In this document: positions 30,085 to 39,587 of the stretch, piece after piece
How positions within the stretch are numbered: position 1 is the first letter of the stretch
Layout of the letters: each line of letters opens with the position of its first letter
Assembly (NCBI GenBank): GCA_050179755.1
Contig: JBFXEV010000001.1
Location: forward strand, 489,994 to 553,993
Source of the DNA: Candidatus Babeliales bacterium
GTDB taxonomy: Bacteria > Babelota > Babeliae > Babelales > JBFXEV01
Direction of reading: 5' to 3'
Length of the DNA: 64,000 bases
Notes under the pieces: model-generated
What the model saw: the letters and a program-made list of their open reading frames with translations, nothing else
What the model was told of the DNA's origin: nothing
Database searches by the model: none
Program-made: the position numbers and the translations under genes

Positions 30085-30465
30085 TGTTTTTTGGTTTTTT
30101 GAAAAAATGGAAAACTATTAATCATTATAATTTAATAGTTATATATTTATATAATTAGTAGTAATAGGTATGTGGAAAGATGTGGATAACTCGGCGGCAA
30201 AACGCTGTATTGTGTGATCTGGAGCAGATTTCTTTTTAAAAAAGTTATGTGGATAACCTGTGGATAACTATGTGGATAAATTGTGGATAACTTTCGATCT
30301 TGCTTGAAATGGTGCATGAATAGAGGCGTTTCAGCGTGCCCCTTGGGATAGCGCCTTCTGGAGCCATTATTGTTAGAGTGGGGTAAAGTTATCCACATCT
30401 TTCCACATAGTTATCCACAGGTTATCCACATAGTTATCCACAATTTCTATGTGTATTTATGCACA
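30085..30465. other. oriC: Chromosomal replication origin (oriC)
   Basis: TGTGGATAA at 30181, 30248, 30259, 30271, 30282; TTATCCACA at 30389, 30411, 30422, 30434; variants at 30171, 30399, 30457; AT-rich 30115-30170 with TAG TAG TAA TAG trios at 30156-30167. Confidence 0.9.
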
Positions 30466-30476
30466 GCAGAACGGTG

Positions 30477-31064
30477 TTATTTAGCGGGAAGTTTTTTTGC
30501 AATGTTGGCGGCTGATATTATGTCAACATACAACAAATCTCGTGCCTTGGGATTTCTGAGAATATAGGCTGGATGGAATGTTGGCAGTAGATCGATGCCA
30601 AGAACCTGGTGTAGTTTGCCGCGATATGAGCTAATGGGGTCCTTTTTTTCAAGGAGCGCTTCATAGGGAGTTGCCCCTAAGGTGATGATTATAGAAGGTT
30701 GTATGATCTTAATTTGATTGAATAATAATAGGTTTTTGCACGTTCCTGATTCTATGGGCTTAGGTTTTCTGTTTTTTGGTGGTCTGCATTTGACTACGTT
30801 GGTAATAAAGACGTCTTCTCGATTTATGCCTGCGACCTTGAGGCCTTCATCAAGCACTTTGCCTGCTCTTCCTATAAAAGGCTTGCCGCCTTCATCTTCA
30901 TTTTTCCCTGGCGCTTCACCAATTATCATTATGCGCGCATCTGGGTTGCCATCACCAAACACCACCGTAGTGCGCCCGAGTGTGCCGAGTGGGCATTCTA
31001 CACAGTTGAGATAAGGTTCATATAATTTGTTGAGAAGATATTGTTTAAATTGTTTTATATCCAT
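30477..31064 (-). CDS. udg: Uracil-DNA glycosylase family 4
   Basis: CxxC, GEAPG..ED..G.PF.GRAG, NVVKCRPP.NR, TFHPAY; probable start 31064. Confidence 0.93.
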   Translation of the reverse strand: MDIKQFKQYLLNKLYEPYLNCVECPLGTLGRTTVVFGDGNPDARIMIIGEAPGKNEDEGGKPFIGRAGKVLDEGLKVAGINREDVFITNVVKCRPPKNRKPKPIESGTCKNLLLFNQIKIIQPSIIITLGATPYEALLEKKDPISSYRGKLHQVLGIDLLPTFHPAYILRNPKARDLLYVDIISAANIAKKLPAK

Positions 31065-31169
31065 AATTATTATAATAATGAAATCAATTGTAAAAAACAA
31101 TTATAAACCAATCGATTAATTGGTGCAAAAGTAGGCATTTACACAGCTATCAGGAATTAGTCGTGAGCG

Positions 31170-32576
31170 TTAACACTGTGGGTCTGATTTAGTATTCTTA
31201 GAAAGTCTATGTAAAATGTGATACATAATTTCTTTTCTTGCAGCAACAGGCAGTGATCGCCATGTCATTGTTAATTCATTTTGGTGAAGTTTAAACTGAC
31301 TGGCAATTTGTTCAAATAAGCTTTCCATGCTATGGAATTTTTGTGGTTGTTTTGGCAACTTACTATATTTATCAAGAATGAGAAAAAGCAAAACTTGCTT
31401 AAGGATTAAATGGTGTTGCAACCATAGAGAGGCGGTTTTGTCACCTGAAGCTGTGGCTACCAGTGCTCCTTGTGGGTTGAATGCAACGGAATTGACTGCT
31501 CCACTATGCTGCAAGGTGTGTAACTTATTGCCATTGGCAGCATCCCATAAGCAAGTGGTGTTGTCACTTGAAGCTGTGGCTACCATTGTACCTTGTGGGT
31601 TGAATGCAACGGAATTGATTGCTCGACTATGATGCAAAGTGCGCAATTTATTGCCATTGGCAGCATCCCATAAACAAGCGGTGTTATCATTTGAAGCTGT
31701 GGCTACTATTGTTCCTTGTGGATTAATTGCAACTGAGTTGATCCAATCAGTATGATGCAAAGTACGCAATTTATTGCCATTGGCAGCATCCCATAAACAA
31801 GCGGTGTTATCATCTGAAGCTGTGGCTACTATTGTTCCTTGCGGGTTGAATGCAATTGACCTGACCCAATCAGTATGCTGCAAGGTGTGTAACTTATTGC
31901 CATTGGCAGCATCCCATAAACAAGCGGTGTTATCATTTGAAGCTGTGGCTACCATTGTTCCTTGTGGATTAATTGCAACTGAGATGATCCAATTAGCATG
32001 CTGCAAGGTGTGTAACTTATTGCCATTGGCAGCATCCCATAAACAAGCGGTGCGATCATTTGAAGCTGTGGCTACCATTGTTCCTTGTGGATTAATTGCA
32101 ACTGAGATGATCCAATTAGCATGCTTCAAGGTGCGTAACTTATTGCCATTGGCAGCATCCCATAAACAAGCGGTTGTATCATCTGAAGCTGTGGCTACTA
32201 TTGTTCCTTGCGGGTTGAATGTAATTGACCTGACCCAATCAGTATGCTGCAAGGTGTGTAACTTATTGCCATTGGCAGCATCCCATAAACAAGCGGTGTT
32301 ATCATTTGAAGCTGTGGCTACCATTGTTCCTTGTGGATTAATTGCAACTGAGATGATCCAATTAGCATGCTTCAACGTTGCCTGTTTATAGAACAAAGCA
32401 GTTTGGCTAGCAATTCGTCTTGCAATTAAATCCTGAACGTCTTTGTGCTCAGGCTTAAGGATATTTGCCATATTAAAATATTCACAAAGTGATTTTGGTG
32501 GTTTCTCCATACCAAATACACAGAGAGTATAGCTCATAGACAGGAGTAGCAAGTGATTAAACAGTTTGTTTTGCAT
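31170..32576 (-). CDS. Secreted WD40-repeat protein (8 repeats)
   Basis: Signal peptide ending VFG-ME; eight 41-aa WD40 units; helical C-terminal domain. Confidence 0.93.
   Translation of the reverse strand: MQNKLFNHLLLLSMSYTLCVFGMEKPPKSLCEYFNMANILKPEHKDVQDLIARRIASQTALFYKQATLKHANWIISVAINPQGTMVATASNDNTACLWDAANGNKLHTLQHTDWVRSITFNPQGTIVATASDDTTACLWDAANGNKLRTLKHANWIISVAINPQGTMVATASNDRTACLWDAANGNKLHTLQHANWIISVAINPQGTMVATASNDNTACLWDAANGNKLHTLQHTDWVRSIAFNPQGTIVATASDDNTACLWDAANGNKLRTLHHTDWINSVAINPQGTIVATASNDNTACLWDAANGNKLRTLHHSRAINSVAFNPQGTMVATASSDNTTCLWDAANGNKLHTLQHSGAVNSVAFNPQGALVATASGDKTASLWLQHHLILKQVLLFLILDKYSKLPKQPQKFHSMESLFEQIASQFKLHQNELTMTWRSLPVAARKEIMYHILHRLSKNTKSDPQC
31425..32385 (-). repeat. 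Tandem 123-bp coding repeats (8 units)
   Basis: ttattgccattggcagcatcccataa recurs every 123 bp. Confidence 0.92.
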
Positions 32577-32820
32577 GGGCTAGTTTTCTAGAGAAATTCC
32601 ATTTGGGCATTAATTTATGGTAGACAATTAGCTGCTTGCTAATGCGACTGAATCAATTTTATCATATTCTTGAACAAGCGTGAAATTCTAATAAAAATAT
32701 ACAGTATGGGCGAATGCAGTATTCTCGAATCATAACATGCACAATAAGTACGCCCCAAAAGAACAAGATTCTGCGGGGCGTTTGTTGCGTTATGCAATTT
32801 TTTGTTGCACGCGTTGCGCC

Positions 32821-34305
32821 TTATGAGAGCACGTAATACCCTAATAACTGCACCCACATGTTAGTTTGGGCAAATGTTGTTTTGCGGTACGAATTATGGA
32901 TACGCCGCTCTGGAAAGTATATTGATATACCTTGTGCTTTGCGTAAATTCTTGCCAACTTGATTTGCAATGACCACGTGCTCGATTAGTTCTTTGCCTGC
33001 AACCAGTTCTTGTTGCAACATGTCTTTTATTGCTTTTTCTCGTTCTGGGTTGGTGAGCTCAAAATGATTTAGGTTAGAAAGCAAGTTGCAATAAAGATGA
33101 TGCAAGTCAATATAACTTGGTTCATCAAAGTGTGTGCATAATAATTTGTGGCGACTAGTGCGCAATGCTTTTTTAACCGATTCATCACGCTGCTCTTTAA
33201 GGCATGTAATTAATAATGAAGCTACTGTACTTACGTTAGCTTCAAGTAAATTAAGATCTTTTAATTCTATTGCAGATTGCGTATAGTCATTTGTTATACG
33301 AGCATACGTTTCGTTATAAGCACTGACTATGTGCATTGCAAATTCTTTTTGCGTCATTGTTTTTTTAGCAAAGGGTGCAATAACTTTTGAATAATCATAA
33401 CCAGTTCCAAGTTCAACTTCTTGTGAGCCAACCATGTAATTTGCATATGGTTGCAAAATATTACCAATTTCTAGCATGGCCATGAGGCACGCATCAAAAG
33501 AAACGATTGCTAATTTTTCACCTCCAAGAAAATCTTGCGTGATTGTTTTGAGTGCAAAATTTAAATCTTGATTGGTTAAAAAATTACCGGTGCTGTCATC
33601 AAAGCAAATTCCACGCTCTGGTTCACCCTCTGATGATAGTACAAAATCAAGAAATGGTGTGGTTCGATCAAGTTCTACCATGCAATTTTGAGGATTAAAA
33701 CTAAATAGTTCTGAAGCATTAAGCATTCTGCGGCGCTCAATATCAATAATGCCTATGCCATGGTTCCACAAATCAATCATATAATTTTTTGCGGGAAAAT
33801 TTTCAATTGCCCAACGCGCGCAATCAATCAGTGTATGCGGACTACCTGAATCCATTTGCTGAGATGCAGGGTCATTGTAATTAGTAATTGTTAATTTATT
33901 TTCTTCGATATAGTAACGCAGAGTTACTTTCTTTTTGCGCTGAATAGTGGTATCTAATTGCACTACAATGTTTACATGTTCATTTGAGCCTATAGAAGCA
34001 AGTTGCATTAAATTTTTACGTGCAAAATTTGCAAGGTCGTTATCTGCTGCCATATAGATAATGATAGTCCAATCTTTTTTTTCTTTAAAACTAATATCAC
34101 CTGCTTCTTGAATTATTGATGGATTCCTTAAGACGAGGCTTGCATGATTCATAATTTGAGACTGTAGATTAAGCTCAAATACATCATCGTATACTAGTGC
34201 AGGGGTTGGTGCCCAGTCGCACTGATTGCTATGTGTTGCTCCTGAAATTAATGGCAGCAAAAATAGCATTGCGCTTCCAATGCAAACTTTACCTATAAAC
34301 TTCAT
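32821..34305 (-). CDS. Clostripain-family (C11) cysteine peptidase, exported
   Basis: WTIIIYMAADNDL, LWNHG, FDACLM catalytic His/Cys, GISIYFP; signal peptide from MKFIGK. Confidence 0.9.
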   Translation of the reverse strand: MKFIGKVCIGSAMLFLLPLISGATHSNQCDWAPTPALVYDDVFELNLQSQIMNHASLVLRNPSIIQEAGDISFKEKKDWTIIIYMAADNDLANFARKNLMQLASIGSNEHVNIVVQLDTTIQRKKKVTLRYYIEENKLTITNYNDPASQQMDSGSPHTLIDCARWAIENFPAKNYMIDLWNHGIGIIDIERRRMLNASELFSFNPQNCMVELDRTTPFLDFVLSSEGEPERGICFDDSTGNFLTNQDLNFALKTITQDFLGGEKLAIVSFDACLMAMLEIGNILQPYANYMVGSQEVELGTGYDYSKVIAPFAKKTMTQKEFAMHIVSAYNETYARITNDYTQSAIELKDLNLLEANVSTVASLLITCLKEQRDESVKKALRTSRHKLLCTHFDEPSYIDLHHLYCNLLSNLNHFELTNPEREKAIKDMLQQELVAGKELIEHVVIANQVGKNLRKAQGISIYFPERRIHNSYRKTTFAQTNMWVQLLGYYVLS

Positions 34306-34372
34306 CGCCTCGCTCCTTATTTTTAACAATGTCGTAAGTCATTGTTATACTACCTGATTTTTTAGGTAAGAT

Positions 34373-35527
34373 TCAAGAGTTGGCAGCAATGCGTATTCTG
34401 TGCCAAGAATAAGCTTGATATATCCAAGCAAGCGCAAATGTTAACCCGAAGCTGAGTTGAAAGTCAAGAAAAAATAATTGCATAGGATTTAAAACAAGGC
34501 ACCCACATGTAATCAATGTAATAATATGAAGTGTGCTTGGTTGTTGTTGCCAAATGTGTGCAGCATAATACAAACAAAGTGATGAAAAGGAGCGCATAAA
34601 AGAAAGACTTGTCCAGCTTAATAATAAATAGACCGTATTAAGAAGTAGCATAAAAAGATATTTATAGCGTGAGCGGAGTGGAATATACGAGAGTAATAGG
34701 TGCCATAAATATATAAACAGTACCAAGTGAAGGCCGGATCGAGCCAAAAAGTGCGAAAGACCCCAAATACCAAATTGTGTTTTCATTCCTTTTAGATATT
34801 GCTTATGAGTTTGGCAATTGCCTAAAAATAATGAAGAATAAAACGCAGCATTTGGTTCTGTCATTTTTGCGCATGCACGTTCAAATAAGTTGTGGCGCAA
34901 TGCGTTGACCCAACGGTTCCAGGAATACGTTGGTCTTTGCAATAGCGTATATTTTAAATGATGGGTAAATAATGTATTATTGATCCCTGATTTAATTAAA
35001 TAATCGTTAAAGCTTGTTGTTGGATCGTGATTGCTGAATTTACATTCTTCAAGATATACAAGGTCGTCGGGCGCTATATAGGGCATGCTGTGGCAATAGG
35101 CCGCAATAACTGCATTGTGTTCTTGCCAAGGAGCGTTGCGTTCACACTTTTTAATTTTTTGTATGTTTAAATGTATGGTGTAAGGATATTGCTTTTTATC
35201 GCTTTCTTGCACGCTTATAATTGTTGCGATGGCATCGAGGGTTTTGCCACTGAGTAATGCTGCCATGCGTGCATGCTCTGTGCGCTGCCACTGTGCAAGC
35301 CCTGCTCCAATGCCAAAAGAGGCACATAAACAAAAAATAGAGAATGTGGCTTGTTTTAATGTATCACGTGTGAAGGCGTGATACGCGCTACAAGCACCTA
35401 GCACTACCATGATCATAAGGTAATTACTGTGCAATGTTGCAAACCATATGCCAAGCATAAGGCTTATAGTAATGGTTATAAGGGGATGTATAATAATGGG
35501 GTTAAAATGGGCGTACCAGTGTTGCAT
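34373..35527 (-). CDS. comEC: ComEC/Rec2 competence membrane protein, no metallo-beta-lactamase domain
   Basis: GLSHFLARSGLH, SFMRS, LNP..FFLDFQLSF; OB-like region after N-terminal TMs. Confidence 0.82.
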   Translation of the reverse strand: MQHWYAHFNPIIIHPLITITISLMLGIWFATLHSNYLMIMVVLGACSAYHAFTRDTLKQATFSIFCLCASFGIGAGLAQWQRTEHARMAALLSGKTLDAIATIISVQESDKKQYPYTIHLNIQKIKKCERNAPWQEHNAVIAAYCHSMPYIAPDDLVYLEECKFSNHDPTTSFNDYLIKSGINNTLFTHHLKYTLLQRPTYSWNRWVNALRHNLFERACAKMTEPNAAFYSSLFLGNCQTHKQYLKGMKTQFGIWGLSHFLARSGLHLVLFIYLWHLLLSYIPLRSRYKYLFMLLLNTVYLLLSWTSLSFMRSFSSLCLYYAAHIWQQQPSTLHIITLITCGCLVLNPMQLFFLDFQLSFGLTFALAWIYQAYSWHRIRIAANS

Positions 35528-35555
35528 CTAAAAAGCATAATCTAAAGGATAAAAT

Positions 35556-35786
35556 ATGCAAATTTTGCCAAACAGTATTTATGAGCATTATAAAGGTCAG
35601 CAATACCGCGTGATTGCGGTGGCGACGTATAGTGAAGATATTAATCAGCAGTTTGTAATCTATGAAGCGCTGTATTGTAATAAAGTCAGCCAAATATGGG
35701 CTCGCCCTCTCGCGATGTTTTTAGAGGATATTGAGATTGACGGCAAAGTAATACCGCGCTTTAGGCATATTGAACGCTTAATTTAA
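35556..35786 (+). CDS. DUF1653-family protein
   Basis: YEHYKG..Y.V...VIYEALY..WARPLAMFLE...RF. Confidence 0.85.
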   Translation: MQILPNSIYEHYKGQQYRVIAVATYSEDINQQFVIYEALYCNKVSQIWARPLAMFLEDIEIDGKVIPRFRHIERLI

Positions 35787-36364
35787 GCAAGCGGTTCGGT
35801 TTGGCTAGTTTGCGAGCTTGGTACGTAGTCCCAGCGTAACTTTGCTATTTTGTTGTTATAAAGCACCTGATTTAAATAGTCTTGGCTTTGCAAATCAGGA
35901 TGTTCGTCCATCATATGCTTAATAGTTTGCCACAGTTGTAGCGTTCTTTTATTTGCTCTGCATGCAATAAAGCTATGCGTAGGATGCTGGCTTTGTTCTA
36001 AAACAAGGTCAGTATGCTCAAGCGCTTTAAGAATAGCCTCTCTTTGCGGTACCGTGGTGTTTTCATTAAGTTCACAATACATAAATATGCTTCCCCAGTT
36101 TTCTTTTATGGCGGTAAGCATGGTCTCTACTTTTTGGGCAAAAGCGCTTGGTGTGTTGCTTTGCCTTTCTATGATTACATCGTAATCATGATGATGTGCG
36201 GCTTCAAAGGTATTTTGTGTTTCATGTGCAAGCTGTGTGGGAGCTAAAAGCGCGTAGAGTTTAAGTTTTACGGGTAATGCTTCTTTTTTGGAAAATTGGT
36301 GAAATATTGCCCATGAAAAAATGGTAAGCATTCCGGAAACTAAAGCGATTAATTTTATACGCAT
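35783..36364 (-). CDS. Membrane-anchored hypothetical protein, weak sugar-transferase resemblance
   Basis: N-terminal TM; FIACRAN.RTLQLW...QDYLNQ. Confidence 0.45.
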   Translation of the reverse strand: MRIKLIALVSGMLTIFSWAIFHQFSKKEALPVKLKLYALLAPTQLAHETQNTFEAAHHHDYDVIIERQSNTPSAFAQKVETMLTAIKENWGSIFMYCELNENTTVPQREAILKALEHTDLVLEQSQHPTHSFIACRANKRTLQLWQTIKHMMDEHPDLQSQDYLNQVLYNNKIAKLRWDYVPSSQTSQTEPLA

Positions 36365-36609
36365 GGTATTCCTTTATACTTTTTCTTGTTCTCTAATAAT
36401 AGCACAGGATCAATCGAAACAAAATATTAGTAAAAGGCAGCAAAAAGGGATTGCAAGAAGAAATATTGGTAATGCGCGATTATTTGGATAATAGTTTCTC
36501 AAAGAATATTTTTGCGTCTTTTTTTGATTTGCAATTTCAAAATTTATCGAGTATAACTGATGTGAATTTTCTATTGCACAAATTTAGGCAGCATAAGGAT
36601 TAGCAATAT

Positions 36610-38370
36610 ATGCAATTTAAATCATTTATTAATAAGCTTCTGATTTGTTCCATTACATTGTTCTGTTCGTTGAATGCAGATAAGTCTTCAATTCTTTCTT
36701 ATAGAGAAATAGAAGAAAATAAGATCATTCCTGACATTTTGGTATCGTTTGAGGACTTGCGAATCGACGCTGCCCCCTATGATGGAGAGTGCACTGCTGA
36801 TCATGTTTATTATAGAGACAATGATGAACGTGGCTTTAGCATAGATCTTACTAGTCATTCTAGCGATCATAGTTCGCATAATTCTTCTGATTCTTATGAA
36901 AAACCAGATACCTTTTTTGATCGGCATGATTCATCGCAAAATGATATCACTAGGTATAATGATGCTGAGAGTAATCTTCGCGAGGTGCAAGGATACAGAT
37001 ATGAGTATCAAGGCAACGATTGTGTGCCAGATTATAACATCAAAGAAGCAAGCCTAATAAAAACAAATGAGATACAGTTGCAACAGAAAATTCAAGCACT
37101 TACACTGGCAAGATGGCCTGATGCTGTAACGATCGATGAAGAAAGCCATTTGTGGCAACAGGAATTAGGTTGTTGGAAAGGTGATAGCTTAAGAGAGGCT
37201 CAGTGTCGGAAAGAAAAACGAATAGCGGCCTATCAAAAATGTAAAAGCGACCCTGTTTTTTTTAAGCAGCATTATTATGAGCTCTCGGGTGAAGCAAAGA
37301 CTTATTTGTATAAGAATCAAATTAATGCAGCGATATTTCAAAAAGGTTTTTATAATGCAATGCAGCATCAATTACATACAGAGTTTATAGAGATAGCTGA
37401 AGAATTAACATGCTATGATATGAATGTACATTATCCGGATACATTCAAACTGGTTCATGTAGATGTTGCGCATGTTACCGCAATAGGTGTTCAGTGCAAT
37501 AAGATGGGCGATGTAATTAAAGCCGCAACTATAGCTGACTTTGCCTGGAAAATTCTTGAATGTGGCCAAGCGGTGCTTAAAGGAGGGTATGATGGATTGA
37601 AGAGCGTTGGATCATATGCATATGAAAATCCTCACGAAGTCCTTCTTTATGGGGTTGCCCCGGAAATTATGAGCGGATATTACACATTAAAATTAATCCA
37701 TTCGATTGGTTCTTTAGTAATAGATATTGCGCAAGTCGGGGCTACTGAGTCTTGTAAAGAAGCACTAAAAAACACTAATCTTCAGGGAGTTTTACATGGA
37801 ACAGCTTCTATTCTTGCCCAGATTTGTTTTAATAATGTACTTAACAAGTTCTCTGTAAAATTTGTTGGAAAGAGTAAGGAATCATTAGCCGCAGTGGTCG
37901 CGGGAGAATGTCCGACAACTTATGCCGCACTTAAAGATGTGTGTAAGGCAAGAGCTAAGCGCTCATCTGATAATATAAAGAATATCAAACACACGTTATT
38001 TAAAGATATAAAAAAAGGCAAAGTTGGTTCAGAGAGTAAAATTAAAATTCCAGTATTATTTAGTGATCTGAAGCAGGCAGAGGCTGATTATCGTGGTATA
38101 ATAAATCATTATTACAATCATATTTTTCAAAAAAGTCATAATTTATCTGTAATATGCTCTAACGAAAAGAGTCTTATTGAGAATATTATTAGCAAAGTAA
38201 CTGATTGTGTAAAAGACAGTCTTTTTTGTGAGGGTAATAATCAAATTTTAACATTAATTAATGGGCATAAGGTGACTATTAGAGTTAATATCTCAAATGG
38301 AAAGTTTAGATCTACTAATATTTTCCTAGGCTGGGCATCTCGGATTTCGGATAATCAAATTAATCTTTAG
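36610..38370 (+). CDS. Sec-exported polymorphic toxin candidate with C-terminal Ntox35-like (predicted RNase) domain
   Basis: Signal peptide; Gly/Ala-rich helical pre-toxin region; C-terminal NHIFQKSHNL...INGHKVTIRVNISNGKFRSTNIF. Confidence 0.6.
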   Translation: MQFKSFINKLLICSITLFCSLNADKSSILSYREIEENKIIPDILVSFEDLRIDAAPYDGECTADHVYYRDNDERGFSIDLTSHSSDHSSHNSSDSYEKPDTFFDRHDSSQNDITRYNDAESNLREVQGYRYEYQGNDCVPDYNIKEASLIKTNEIQLQQKIQALTLARWPDAVTIDEESHLWQQELGCWKGDSLREAQCRKEKRIAAYQKCKSDPVFFKQHYYELSGEAKTYLYKNQINAAIFQKGFYNAMQHQLHTEFIEIAEELTCYDMNVHYPDTFKLVHVDVAHVTAIGVQCNKMGDVIKAATIADFAWKILECGQAVLKGGYDGLKSVGSYAYENPHEVLLYGVAPEIMSGYYTLKLIHSIGSLVIDIAQVGATESCKEALKNTNLQGVLHGTASILAQICFNNVLNKFSVKFVGKSKESLAAVVAGECPTTYAALKDVCKARAKRSSDNIKNIKHTLFKDIKKGKVGSESKIKIPVLFSDLKQAEADYRGIINHYYNHIFQKSHNLSVICSNEKSLIENIISKVTDCVKDSLFCEGNNQILTLINGHKVTIRVNISNGKFRSTNIFLGWASRISDNQINL

Positions 38371-38415
38371 TTGGTACACACTGCTATAGTTTTATAAACA
38401 AGAAAATTAAATATT

Positions 38416-39528
38416 ATGCCATTACCATTTTATGTAATTCCGTTTTTTCGTCAAAATAATAATAATTATGTTTGCTATGTAGGTTATAAAGACAAAAAAA
38501 GCTCAATACTTACTTGTTTATTTAATATTTTAAGCGCTAATCTGAACTTTATTGATGATATAAGTAAAATGAGTGATGGTATGTTATTATTGAATAACAT
38601 ATTGATTATTCTTAAAGAGCGTACTCTTTATAAGATTTTTTTTAAAGATGATGAAGATATGCAAAACAGTGATAACGTTACAGTATTTGCAATTTCTGAA
38701 TTTCATAATTTATTATATGAGTGGCATATTTATCAAAAAGGACGTTGTGATGTAGTGGTTTTTGCATTAATAGATTCAGCTTATTTAATAAATGGTTTTT
38801 ATAGAGAGTTATATGATGAAAGCGCTTTCAATGAGAAAAAACTAATTCTTGCTAAATTTCAGTTACTGTGTGCTAAAGTTGGCTTACTGGACAACGTATT
38901 AGGTGAACAAATAGAAGCAATTCTGGTTAACCATCTTTGCAAGTATCCACAGAATGTTGACTCTTGGCTACAACTAACAATGTTGGAATTTAGCATGTCT
39001 TGGAAAGATCCTTATAGGATGGAAAACTATCTGACAAATGCACTTAGCTTTGATAAAGAAAATATATATGCATTACTTTTTTTGGCATACGCAGACTGGC
39101 TTCATAGAGGAGAAGTGAGGCTTGAGGTTCTTAATAGCTTATCAAAATTAAATGTAGATTCAGAGCATGCATCCATGATAGAGTTTGCCAACGCTTTGGG
39201 CACGATGCTTGATTATCCTGAAAAATACGAGCAACATCTGTTACGATCCATAGCTTTATGCAATAAACATGTTAATAATTACAGCTATTTAGGAAAATTT
39301 TATGGAAAGAGAAATAGAATAAGTGAGGCTCTAGTATGCTATAAACACGCTTTAAATAATATTCAGTATATTGATAATTCTGAAAATCTTTCTTGCAGTG
39401 ATGCAATTGATATACAATCATTCTTTGATTTTTACTACAAGGGAATTCGTATTTCAGAGTATCTGAAGAAAGATTTAGAAATTAAAATAGCAGAATTAGA
39501 AATTGAATCAAAAGAGCATATAACTTAA
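38416..39528 (+). CDS. Candidate immunity protein with TPR-like C-terminal part
   Basis: Directly after toxin, AT-rich, no signal peptide; YSYLGKFY..ISEALVCYKHAL TPR-like. Confidence 0.5.
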   Translation: MPLPFYVIPFFRQNNNNYVCYVGYKDKKSSILTCLFNILSANLNFIDDISKMSDGMLLLNNILIILKERTLYKIFFKDDEDMQNSDNVTVFAISEFHNLLYEWHIYQKGRCDVVVFALIDSAYLINGFYRELYDESAFNEKKLILAKFQLLCAKVGLLDNVLGEQIEAILVNHLCKYPQNVDSWLQLTMLEFSMSWKDPYRMENYLTNALSFDKENIYALLFLAYADWLHRGEVRLEVLNSLSKLNVDSEHASMIEFANALGTMLDYPEKYEQHLLRSIALCNKHVNNYSYLGKFYGKRNRISEALVCYKHALNNIQYIDNSENLSCSDAIDIQSFFDFYYKGIRISEYLKKDLEIKIAELEIESKEHIT

Positions 39529-39587
39529 TATCTTGTATCGTTTTTAAGAGATATTTTTTCAGCAAATGAGGTCTGTATGAAAGCCCT

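Noticed and set aside
30169..30445. Short regularly spaced repeats resembling a CRISPR or iteron array
   Set aside because: Units are 9-bp DnaA boxes with 1-3 nt gaps; no spacers, cas or rep genes.
30147..30567. ORFs of 83 and 65 aa with YPQVIH repeats
   Set aside because: Translations of DnaA boxes within oriC.
31425..32385. Diversity-generating retroelement or CRISPR in the 123-bp repeats
   Set aside because: Repeats are in-frame WD40 units, differences are not adenine-specific, and no reverse transcriptase is in the window.
31327..32391. Repetitive + strand ORFs of 101 and 205 aa
   Set aside because: Antisense shadows of the WD40 gene.
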